A DNA stretch of 64,000 nt from Pristiophorus japonicus. Lineage: Eukaryota. A model generated the notes under the pieces. The model did not search any database, was not told the DNA's origin, and saw nothing but the letters and a program-made list of their open reading frames with translations. This document shows, in pieces, positions 11,650 through 22,605 of the stretch. The DNA lies in NCBI RefSeq assembly GCF_044704955.1, contig NC_091987.1, positions 54,374,001 to 54,438,000 of the forward strand, read 5' to 3'. The translations under genes were made by a program, and so were the position numbers. The first letter of the stretch is position 1. Each line of letters starts with the position of its first letter.

Positions 11650-12200
11650 AGAAATGTATGCAATACTTTGTGTGGCCTAACCAATGTCTTGCATTAATTC
11701 AAATCTGACCATTTAATGTATTTTTTTCACCCTTCTTTTTCGCAAAATGTACTATTTCACATTTCTCTGCAATTAACTTTATTTGCCACCTGTTTGGCCA
11801 ATTAATTGACCCACCTATGACTTCCTGCACATAATTTACTATTCTTCCTAAGGCGGTATAATCAGTAAACATGAATATAATTTACATAAATGGAAAACAA
11901 AAGATGCACCAGCACAGATTCTTGGGCTGTGGGGAGCCCAATGTACCACCAATTAATGAAACATCCATTTGCCCCGACACTCTGATTTCTAACCCCCAAA
12001 ATCCCTCTATCCATTAAATTATGTTCACTTTAATACCATCTGCTTAAATCATCCTAACAGTTTCTTATGTGACACCTTATCAAATGCCTTCTGAAAATCC
12101 ATTTATTTGCTAATTACACTGCATTCTCTTTAAGCATAACTTGCCCTTTATAAATCCATCCTAATTGTCCCTGATTAGCCATGCAGTTCGAAGCATTCAT
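11650..12200 (-). mobile_element. Old, degraded CR1-like RT fragment
   Basis: GACACCTTATCAAATGCCTTCTGAAAATCC is the antisense of DFQKAFDKV; the surrounding sequence is only patchily similar. Confidence 0.55.
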
Positions 12201-12269
12201 TAATTTCATTGTGATTTGAAAGAAAGGAAAGAACTTGAATTTTTACAGTGCCTTATCATAAAGGATTTG

Positions 12270-12555
12270 AAAAGAAAGACTTGCATTTATGTAGCATCTT
12301 TCATGACCTCAGGATGTCCCAAAGTACTTTACAGCCAATTAAGTACTTTTGAAGTGTAGTCACTGCTGTGATGTAGGAAACAATTTGTGCACAGCATGGT
12401 CCCAAAAACAGTAATCTGTTTTAGTGATGTTGGTTGAGGGCTAAATATTGACCACTGGAAGAACTTCACTGCTCTTTTTTGAATAGTGCCATTGGATTTT
12501 TCACATCCACCCGAGAGGGCATTCCTGACAGTGCAGCACTCCCTCAGTACTGCAG
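12270..12555 (-). mobile_element. Deu/SacSINE1-like SINE fragment
   Basis: Reverse complement of the 3' half of the SINE at 9916-10770 (GGATGTCCCAAAGTACTTTACAGCCAAT...AAGTGTAGTCACTG). Confidence 0.7.
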
Positions 12556-12721
12556 TGAAATGGGGCTTGAGCCCATGACTTTCTGCATTCCTTCTATACA
12601 TTTTTATATTCCTCATAGTTTTCCTTTGTATTATCATTCTGTACCATATGCTGCTTTTTGTAAATGTAATTTTTGCAAAGGGAGAAATTAGGAAAGCTAT
12701 GATGGATTATAGAAAGACAAA

Positions 12722-15663
12722 GTGCTAGAACCTCCACTTTTGTGCTTATCGCCTCAAAATGGGCGTTATTTCTGGCGTGGGCATTAGAAAAGGGTTTTCT
12801 GATGGCCTGCTTCTCGCCCATTCTCAAAACACCTAGTTTCCATTTTTGAAAATGCACGAGCGATATCAAATGGGCGGTAGCGTTAAATTTATTTGACCTT
12901 CTGCCGTAAAGTATCGCCATCCTTAGCAACGGCATGGCAATGCTTGATTCCCGTGATTGAGGAGGTCAAGGGCCATCATAACATGCACAGAAGAGGAGAC
13001 AGAGAGAGAGGGAGCTGAGAGGGACTGAAGGCGTGTGTGGCTGTGGTGTATGCTTGTCTGGCTGTTGTGGGAGGCACGAGGGAGATTCACCAGTAGCAAA
13101 AAGCCTACTAAGCACCAAGAATATAGTTGGCACCGAGTTTCTGTCCAACAAATAAGATATAACATGGAAGGGATGGAGGAGGCTCTGAAGCTGTGAGCCA
13201 GGAACACTGGTGGCAGAGGGCTCCCCGTGGTCCCGGAGTGTGGCACTGCTCCCCAAGGTGCCGCACCACCATTGCTAACCTCACATGAGAGCCAGCAGCA
13301 ACATCTTGCTTCTGGCTCGGAGCACGTTCCCATCTCGGGACCGTCCTCTCCCGTATCCGTCCAAGCAGCGCTTCGGCCATCACCACCGCCCCTCCCCCCC
13401 CCAATGAAGCATCGCCTGAGGACCTCCTCGGCCAGGTGGCTTGGAGTCAGGAGGGGAAGGAGTAGAGGTGGGGAGAAGAAGCGGCCGGCCGGGGCGGGGG
13501 GGCGGGGCGGGCGGAAGGGTTGGTTTGTACAGAAATACTAATGATTTCAGACTAATATTCAGTTTAAATGTTTTTTATTTAACAAAATCTTGTAGCACAT
13601 TGGCTCAGAAAGCTGCACCGTTACACGCTAGTGATTTCTTAACATCAAAAGGTATAATTACACTTAACTTCAATCAACTTAAACTTTAACTGTCACCAAG
13701 GTGATGCCCACCATTGATGTATGACCTACACACCCAGCAGTGTGTCAGCCTTGTAAATAACACCAACGTTCTTTCAGGCAAAGCGATCATTGATGAGCTC
13801 CTGACGTAAGGCTCTTGCAGCTATTATGTCACCATGAGCCCTTTCATGCGGTCTGCAGGTGGGTATGGGCATGGCTTCAGCATCAGCCTGATTGTCTTTG
13901 CTGATGTCAGTGTCCACCTCCTCATCCTCCTCTTCCTCTGTCTGGTGAGGTGGACTGACAGACTCATCAGGCAATTCTTGTCCCCTCCTGATAGCCAAGT
14001 TGCGCAACATGGAGAACACTGCCGCGAATTGAGCTACCTACTCAGGGTGGTATTGGAGCTCACCTCCTGAGTGGTCCAGGCTTCAAAGCGTTGCTTCAGC
14101 ACTCCAATGGTTTTCTCCACGATATTGCGAGTTGCTCTGTGGCTCTCATTGTATCGCCTCGCGGCCTCAGTGTGGATGTCACGCAGGGGAGTCATCAGCC
14201 AAGTGGCGAGGCCATATCCTTTGTCACCAAGCATCCAGCATTGACCTTGTGGCTCATTGTTAAACAAATCAGATACAGTGCTCTCACGCAGGATGTGAGT
14301 ATCATGGATGCTGCCCGGAAATTGAGCATTCACTGCCAGTATAATTTTCTGGTGGTTGACAACCAGTTGGACATTCAGGGAATGGAATCCCTTGTGGTTC
14401 CTGAAAACATCAGCATCCTGAAAAGGTTCCCACATCGCGATGTGCGTACAGTCTATTGCTCCCTGCACCTTGGGAAAGTTTGCAATTCTGGAGAATCCTG
14501 GCACCCTCTCACTCTGTGCCTCCCTGGTCATAGGGAAGCTGATCAAGTCCCTCCTGCATATGTACATGGCTTCTGTGACCTGTCTAAAGCAGCAATCTGT
14601 AGCATGCTGAGAAAATCCGCTAATGTCTCCAGGTGTGGCCTGAAAAGAACCCGAAGCATAGCACGACAGTGCTGCGGTGACTTTGACCTTGACGCACAGT
14701 GCAGTACTGATGGTGCTGGCAGGCTGTAGATCTGCCCTTATCAGCTGGCATACGTCAGTGATAACCTCTTTGTGGAAGCGCAGTCTCCAAAGGCAGGTGG
14801 TGTCGGGCAAGTCGAGGTATGAATGCTTCTCCTTGTACCGCGGTGACTTACAGTGTAACGTCTGGTCCTCCTCATCTATCTGTCACTTCTTACATTGGGT
14901 ACATAATGCAGTGGAGCATTCCTTTGGTGATGTCGAGGCTGCTGCAAGTATTTGGTCACCCAGAGAGGGTGAGAAAGTACAGGCCCCATTGCAGTAGCTC
15001 TCGGTTTTCCACCGATTGCTCACAAACAAGGAATATTCCGATGAAGACACCTCTTCAATTCCAATCGGTCACAGTATGGTCAAGATGTTTGTAGAGATGT
15101 TCACATCAACTCAATGACCTGCAGAGTACATCCGAACTCCACCGAGGTTGAAGCACAGCAGCCTTTTAAAGGACGTGACATGTGATCTCGAACATTGCGT
15201 CCATAACGCTGTGATTCGTTCCGGTTAGTTCCACTTTTTGTGGCCGTTTTTTTGGGCAAGCGATATTGTGGGTGATATGTGTGCCAGGTGGTGAAATTGA
15301 TGATGGCCGATCTCCATGGCCGCTAGTTTGGGTAAATATGCTCTTTATGGCAAAAAACACTGGCCGGGCGTTAATATTGAATCTCAGCGTTAAATCCATT
15401 TGGAAAGTAACGCTGGGCGATATTAAGGTCATTGAATTCGTCCATTCTGCTGATTCTGTCAAAAAAAGTGGGCGGGTGGTAATATTTTTTCTCGCTGTTA
15501 AGCACATGGGGAAAGTAACGCTCGCTGATAAGTTTCTGAAAAATGGCCGCCAGTTTCCATTTTGTGCCAAAATGGGTGATATATGGGCGTTATACGCCAT
15601 TTCAGTGGTAAAATGGGCGTTAAGTGGACGTTAAGCATGCAAAAAAAGTGGAGGTTCTATCCC
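12722..15663 (-). mobile_element. PIF/Harbinger transposon, both ends present, transposase-only (no recognisable Myb/SANT exon)
   Basis: TIRs GTGCTAGAACCTCCACTTTT / AAAAGTGGAGGTTCTATCCC; AAA on both flanks (3-bp TSD). Confidence 0.92.
13774..14989 (-). pseudogene. Harbinger (HARBI1-like) DDE transposase, frameshifted
   Basis: [48 protein letters not shown]; C-terminus LRNLAIRRG...INDRFA in another frame. Confidence 0.93.
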
Positions 15664-18345
15664 AAAGAGATTGCAAGATTTAGTTCATTTGGAGCTGCCA
15701 TAATAACTAAGATGAGAATTGCTTTGAGGGTTCCAATGATGCTCCTAAATTTGTAAGAGTAGATGTTGAGCAGATAAGAAAGGCAGATGTAATGGTACAT
15801 CAGGCTCTATATCGCAACACATCCTTACTCCAAGGCCCTCATTGAAAGCTTCACTTCACAAAATGTAATAACAATACTTGTTAAATGTATTGTTATTACA
15901 TTTGATTATAACTGTTATATTGTTATAACTGTTTGATCTGTCATTTTTTTCAACAAATTAATCTGGCTAAATCTTATTCCACTGAATTTAGCAAATTCCA
16001 AGTTCAATACTTTTAACTTTAACCCCTCTTTTTCATTACCTATTAAAATTTGAATCGAATTAGGTGGTAGTTATTATTCCTCGTTCTGAAGAAGGGCCCT
16101 GTCTGAAATTCTGACCTTTCTTTTCTATTCACAGATGCTGACTGACTTGCCATGTGTTCAAGCATTTTATATTGTCAAGTGGCACATTCTTTTTAAAGCA
16201 ATCAGATGGATGGTTCATGAAACAATTCAACATTTATTTATCCGAAGAGGTTGTTTCTTGTGTATAATATGCAAATAACATGGAGAACTGGCACCACATC
16301 ACATTACACTGTGAAGTACTTCCATAATTTATATGCAGATTTCTGATGCTATTCAGGAATGGAAAACGGTTTGATAATCTATTTTGAATAAAAATAGATT
16401 TTTAAAACATTTATAACATAATACTTGGAGTACTATTTGTTTTGCAATTTCAACACCGTTTTCACCTGAGTGCAATGAGGCAAATATTGGTGCCAATACA
16501 AAAATGTTTTTGCTTTGGTGATAAAGCACTTGAAAAATGTAATCTATCTCAAGCTAAGATTATATTTCCCCCTCCCCACCATTGGCAACACTAAGCAGAG
16601 TTAGCACATGTGCTCCACAAAGTGATGGTGTTGCAGTCCGGTTGGGAGATGGATATTTTTGTCACCTTGTCCAGAGCTTCTTGACTTGCTTCTAATGCAA
16701 TGGTGGAAGGATCTGGTTTCTTTGATTAGATAAGAGTAAAATAGGATGCAGTAAAGGTGCCAGTTTCATGTTGTTGTGTTGCACTTTCAGCTGTGCATTC
16801 ATTTACAAGTGGCAGTGTAACTCTGGAGTCAGGTCCTTATCTAACTCCAGAGCACATTGAAACCAAGCGACGTGAAACCTTAATACCCTAACCATTTGTC
16901 CATTCTTCATATACGAGCCTAGACAAGGAGTGCCAGTAGCAATTGGACCTAAGGTTAACTAACCTATTCTCACCAAACATTCCCACACATGCCCTTTCCA
17001 CTAACTAGTGATTGGAACTAGGAAGACTCTCTAATTTTGCCCTTACTTAATATTGACTTCAATTATAGTGATAGCATTGTTGCCATACTAAGATTAAGGG
17101 GGATATTTTGCGGGAGGGCTGCGGGCGCGATTGATGGCGGGTCAGGTGGGAAATTTTTTTTTTGATAGTGGGTCGGAGAAGGTGTAATGTATGTAGCACT
17201 CAAATCACTGACTCCACACAGTCTGGTTTTGTAGTAACTGCTGTGACTTTAGTCCTTTATTGTGCAACTCCAGAGTGCCTCTCAGGTGTGGTGGGCAGCC
17301 TTTTATACTCTGTCTTGCAGGTACTTTCAGGTCTCCCACCACAGCGCCCTCTGTGGCGCACCATTGTACTTATACATTTAATGTACCTGGACAATACATA
17401 ACATCTCACTCCCCCCCCAGTTCCAAAAGCCATTGCCGGTAACCTCGGCCTTGTTCGTCCTGGTTGGTTTGTGAGTGTGAGTCCATGACCATCCACTTCC
17501 CTCTTCCCCCCCCCCACCCCCATGTAGAAATTATGCTTGCGATCCGGTGCAAACATGTGGTATTTGCAGTCCTTACATGGGTGATGAAGTACACGAGTAT
17601 AACCTCCAACAGAAAGCAAGTATACATAGTACAATTCTATGGTACGTATGATGTATGGTACAGATGTTATGTCAAAAAGTTGCAGGTGCACTGAACAGTT
17701 ATTTAATCCCAGCTCCACTGGGTGAGGTACGGTGGCAGTATACTGCCCCTTTTTGCCCATGGTAATGGGCTGCGCTGAGACAGGGTATCGCAACTAGTGC
17801 ATTGCCTCTGTTCTCAGTAGTCGCTTTAGCGGCTCATCTGCAGCCACTGAACCATTGCATAATCACGTAAATTCGGAAATCGCCTTGGCCCCTTAGGCAT
17901 GTTAGTCACGGACCCATTAACCCTTTTACTTGTACCTCATAGTATTAACTCTTCATAAATCATTCCTATCCATCATTTTAAACACAGTAACCATTCAGCA
18001 TCAAAATATCAACTCTTATCCTACATCATACAAATCACATTACACATTTAGACTCGCTCTTGCCTTACAAAAGTCTTTTTTGTGGGGACCGCCAACAGTG
18101 TAAGGCCCTTTTAAGGCTCCCAGGTGCATTTCCCTTTTAAGACGCCATCTTGTGGTTCTCACGAGGCTTCCCTTGGGTGCCGCCATTTTAGTTTTTTTTG
18201 TACTGCTTGCTTTTGTTCTTTGCAGCCACGAGGCTCGTCACCATCTTGAGCTCGCTGGCCTGACGTTTTGCTGCAGTTAAGAAGGGATAGGAGGATAAAG
18301 AAGAAAGAAAAATAAAAAAAAAACGGCCAAGAATGAGTCGCGGAC

Positions 18346-18580
18346 CTGACTAATGCTGCAGTCACCAGAACGGCTCCTCCTGCCGCCGCCGCTCAAACCA
18401 AGGCTTCCAGCAAGAAGAGGAATGTGATGAATGGCTCCCTGAAGCAGATCAAGGGCACGGGCGCCTCGGACTCCTTCAAAATCGCTACAATGGATCCCCA
18501 GGGGAAAGAAGGTGAAGAAGCCAGCAGCCAAGAAAGCAGCAGCCAAGAAATCACCAGCAACGAAAGCAGCAGCCAAGAAC
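18346..18580 (+). pseudogene. Captured histone H1 fragment, internally deleted, antisense to the retroelement
   Basis: From CTG 18346: TNAAVTRTAPPAAAAQTKASSKKR|NVMNGSLKQIKGTGASDSFKI (H1 signature KGTGASGSFK); after a frameshift, KVKKPAAKKAAAKKSPATKAAAK. Confidence 0.88.
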
Positions 18581-18587
18581 GATTCGA

Positions 18588-18917
18588 TCAGTCATAGTCC
18601 CTGTGACCTCCGTAACTGCCGTAACTGCTGCTGCATCCCCCACTCTGGCTCTTATGCCCACCCGAGTAGCTGTCGCGTTCTCCCGAGTTATGCCGGCCGC
18701 CTCTATAGCCTTCTCTGCCGCCGTGGCCTCCTCTGCCGCCGTGGCCTCCTCTGCCGCCGTGGCCTCCTCTGCCGCCGTGGCCTCCTCTGCCGCTGTGGTC
18801 CCAGTAGCTGCTGCCTCTCCTGCGGCCGCCGTAGCCGCCACCACCGCCACCCGACTTTTTCTCCGCACGGCCCCTCCCGATTTGTCGGCTGTCGATGGGT
18901 TTGTCATTCAATGCCTG
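18588..18917 (-). pseudogene. Captured CIRBP/RBM3-like fragment (end of RRM plus RGG tail, to a stop codon)
   Basis: ALNDKPIDSRQIGRGRAEKKSGGGGGGYGG resembles CIRBP [20 protein letters not shown]; followed by RGG repeats and KSQSGG...RDYD* (CIRBP has RSQSGG...RDSYD). Confidence 0.7.
18713..18798. repeat. 18-bp tandem repeat (CTCTGCCGCCGTGGCCTC) x4 plus a partial copy; encodes GGRGGH on the minus strand
   Basis: Four identical units read directly from the sequence. Confidence 0.95.
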
Positions 18918-18999
18918 CTCTTCCAGGGTCTGCTCGTCTGTGTGTGGCTTCTTTCTCCTCCAGCTCGGTTGGCGCTGCTCTTTGGGAACCCAGGGGACA

Positions 19000-20224
19000 G
19001 CGGTCTGTGGAGGAATGAAGTCTTCCCAGCTCCCATGGACCTTCCCCATCCATCTCCTGCCTAGTAGCGTCAACCCATCGCCTGCAATGACCCACAAAGA
19101 TAAACCGTGCGTCTCGCCCCCGTGAGATACCTACACATCCGCTCTGCCAAGAAAAGGTATCAGTTCCTTGGTGTAGGTACGCAGCTTTGCCATGACCGGG
19201 ACCAATTTGGGTCATGCAGCTGGGTTGACCCACAGTTTTTCAAAAGTTCTCTGACTCATCAACGATGGACCCGATCCAGTGTCCACTTCCATACTCACTG
19301 GGACTCCGTTAATCTTGACCTCCATAATCACTAGGGCCGAATCGTCGGTACACATGTATAATCCAAACACCTCATCTTCTTCTGCCTGCTCCTCGCTGGA
19401 TAGTAGACCATCTACCATCGCCTCAGCCACACGGTGAGTCAGGTTTCTTTTGCACATACGCTGAAGGTAGCCTTTCGTGTGGCAGGTATTGCACGTGTAC
19501 TCCACAAACCTGCACTGGTGAGCCCCATGGCTTCCTCTGCAGCGCCAGCATGGTGCTGCTCGATTAGCCCCCCTCGGCGGACTCTGAGTTCCAGGACCCC
19601 AAGGTCTGTGCTCTCTGCCCTGGGCAGAGCCACATTCTGCAGTTTTGTCCGTGGTGGGCGCTATCCTGTGGACAGTGCCTGCCGGGTTCGAGACAGTGTG
19701 GATCATCTGCTTGGTGCTGCAAGTCGAGGTCATGAATGCCCTGCTGATGGTGATGGCTTGCTTCAGGGTGACTGTAGGCTCAGTGGATAGCAGCTTGTGA
19801 AGGAGACCTTCATGGCCAATCCCCATAACAAAAACGTCCTGCAATGCCTCGTCAAGGTGTGTGCCAAAATCACAAGGTGCCACGAGTCTCCTGAGGTCCG
19901 CAGCATATTTGGTGACATCCTGGCCCTCGGGTCTGCAGTGATGGTAGAATTTGTGCCGGGCCGTGAGGATGCTCTCCTTCCATTTCAGTTGGTCATGAAT
20001 GAGTGCGATCAGCTCCTCATATGACTTGTCCCTGGCACTCTCGGGTGCCAGCAAATCCCTGATGAGACAGTAAACCTCATCACCACAACTGGCAAGCAAT
20101 ATCGCCTTACGCTTCTCTCACAGTGCTTCAGGTCGTTTGTTGTGAAGTAGTACTCAAGCCTTTCCATGAAGGCCTCCCAATCCTTGCCCACCGTAAAATC
20201 CTTTAACGAGCCCAGAGTAGCCAT
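19000..20224 (-). pseudogene. gag: Gypsy gag plus aspartic protease
   Basis: MATLGSL..DWEAFMERLEYYF; QDVFVMGI; two zinc knuckles (CWRCRGSHGAHQC, CNTCHTKGYLQRMC); protease MEVDTGS...LLGR. One frameshift near 20110 and two in-frame stops. Confidence 0.92.
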
Positions 20225-22605
20225 GGTTGCGTGAAGTTCGTTCGTGTCCTTGTTGCCAATGTAATGCATGTAGCACTCAAATCACTGACTCCACACGGTC
20301 TCGTGTTGTAGTAACTGCTGTGATCTTAGTCCTTTATTGTGCAACTCCAGAGTGCCTCTCAGGTGTGGTGGGCAGCCTTTTATACTCTGTCTTGCAGGTA
20401 CTTTCAGGTCTCCCACCACAGCGCTCTCTGTGGTGCACCATTGTACTTATATATTTAATATACCTGGACAATACATTACAGAAGGTAAAAGTGCAGGTTA
20501 GCAATAGGGGTAATGATAATGAGAGTGTGACAGGAAGGAACAGAGCGTATACATTTAAGACAAATTTAAAAGCTCCTAAAACTGAATGCATGCAACATTT
20601 GTAACGAGATAGATGAGTTGACGGCACAAGTAGAAATAAATGGGTATGATCTGATTGCCATTACAGAAACGTGGTTGCAAGGTGACCAAGGATGGGAACT
20701 GAATATTCAGGGATGTGTGCCATTTCGTAAGGTTAGGCAGAAAGGAAAAGGAGGTGGGGTAGTTCTGTTAATAAGGGATGAGATCAGTGCAGTAGTGAGA
20801 AATGATATTGGCTCAGAAGATCAAGATATAGAATCAGTTTGGGTGGAGATAAAAAATAATGATAGGAAGTCACTGGTGGGAGTGATTTTCAGGCCCCCAA
20901 ACAGTAGCCACACTGTAGGACAGAGTATAAATCATGAAATAATAGAGACTTGTAAGAAAGTTATGATGATAATCATGGGCCATTTTAATCTTCATATTGA
21001 TTGGACAAATCAAATTGGCAAAGATAGCCTGGAGGAAAAGCTCATAGAGTGAATGCAGGATGGTTTCTTGCCATACCTTGTGGAACCAACCAGGGAGCAG
21101 ACTATTCTAGATCTGGTAATGTGTAACAAGTCTGAATTAATTCATGATCTCGTAGTGAAGGATCCTCTTGGGAGGAGTGATCACAGCATGGTAGAATTTC
21201 AAATTCATTTTGAGGGTGAGAAAACTAGTTCTTAATCTAGTGTCCTGAACTTAAATAAAGGTAATTACAAAGGTATGAAGGCAGTGCTGGTTAAAGTGGA
21301 CTGGGGAAATATATTAAAGGGTAAGACTAGAAAAGCAGTGGCAAACATTTAAAGAGATATTTCATAACTCTTAGCAAAGATATACTCCAGTGAGAAGAAA
21401 AACTGTAAGAGAAGTATGAATCTTCCAGGGCTAACTAAGGACATAAAGGATGGTATCAAATTGAAAACAATGGCATACAATGTTGCGAAGAACAGTGGAA
21501 GGCCAGGGGATTGGGAAATTTGTAGAAACCAGCAAAGGACAACTGAAAAAATGATAACGAGAGATAAGATAGCTTATGAGAGTACTTACTAGCAAGAAAT
21601 AAAAAAACAGAAAGTCAGAGCATCTACAGGTATATAAAAAGGAAGAGAGTAGCTAAAGTAAATGTTGGTCCCTTAGCGGGTGAGATTGGGGTATTAATAA
21701 TGGGAAACAGGGAAATGGCGGAGACTTTGAACAAATATTATGTATCGGTCTTCACGGTAGAGTGCACAAAAAGCATCCCAATAATTGATAATCAAGGGGC
21801 TATTGGGAGGGGGGGGGATCTTAAAACAATCACTATCACTAGAGAAAAAATACTAGGCAAACTAATGGGACTAAAGGTGGACTAGTCCCCTGAACCTGAT
21901 GGCCGCCATCTTAGTGACTTAAAAGAGGTGGCTGCAGTGATAGTGGATGCATTGGTTGTAATCTACCAAAATTTCCTTGATTCTGGAGAGGTCCCAGCGG
22001 ACTGGAAAACTGCAAATGTAACACCCTTATTTAAGAAAGGAGGGAGATAGAAAGCAGGAAACTATAGAACAGTTAGCCTAACGTCTGTCATTGGGAAAAT
22101 GCTGGAGTCCATCATTAAGGAAATAGTAGCAGGCCATTTAGAAAATCATAACACAGTCAAGCAGAAACAGCACAGTTTTTTGAAACATAAATCATGTTTG
22201 ACAAATTTGCTGGAGTTCTTTGAGGATGTAATGAGCAGGGTGGATGAAGGGGAACCAGAAGATGTTGTGTATTTGGATTTACAGAAAGCATTCGATAAGG
22301 TACCACATAAAAGGTTACTGCACAAGATAAGAGCTCACGGGGTTGAGGGTAATATATTAGCGTGGATAGAGGATTGGCTAACTTACAGAAAGCAGAGAGT
22401 CGGGATAAATGGGTCATTTTCAGTTTGGCAAACTGTAACTAGTGGGGTGCCACAGGGATCAATGCTGGGGCCTCAACTATTTACAATTTATATTCATGAC
22501 TTGGATAAAGGGACCGAGTGTAATGTAGCCAAATTTGCTGATGATACAAAGATAGATAGGAAAGCAAGTTGTGAGGAAGATGCAAAGAATCTACAAAGGG
22601 ATATA

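Larger units (their letters stand above)
17183..20480 (-). mobile_element. Non-autonomous Gypsy-type LTR retrotransposon (gag-protease, no RT/RH/IN) carrying host-gene-like fragments
   Basis: 221-bp LTRs at 17183-17403 and 20260-20480 (TG..CA, ~11 mismatches by eye); TSD GAAGG at 17178-17182 and 20481-20485; PBS-like TTGGCAACAAG next to the 5' LTR; PPT GGGGGGGGAGTGAGA next to the 3' LTR. Confidence 0.95.

Noticed and set aside
18713-18798. Possible CRISPR-like array
   Set aside because: No spacers; a simple tandem repeat in a eukaryotic genome.
18512-19064. Overlapping ORFs with CRRGLL, AAVASS or AAEEAT repeats (protamine- or antifreeze-like look)
   Set aside because: Alternative frames of the same stop-poor GC-rich 18-bp repeat; only the GGRGGH frame has flanking homology.
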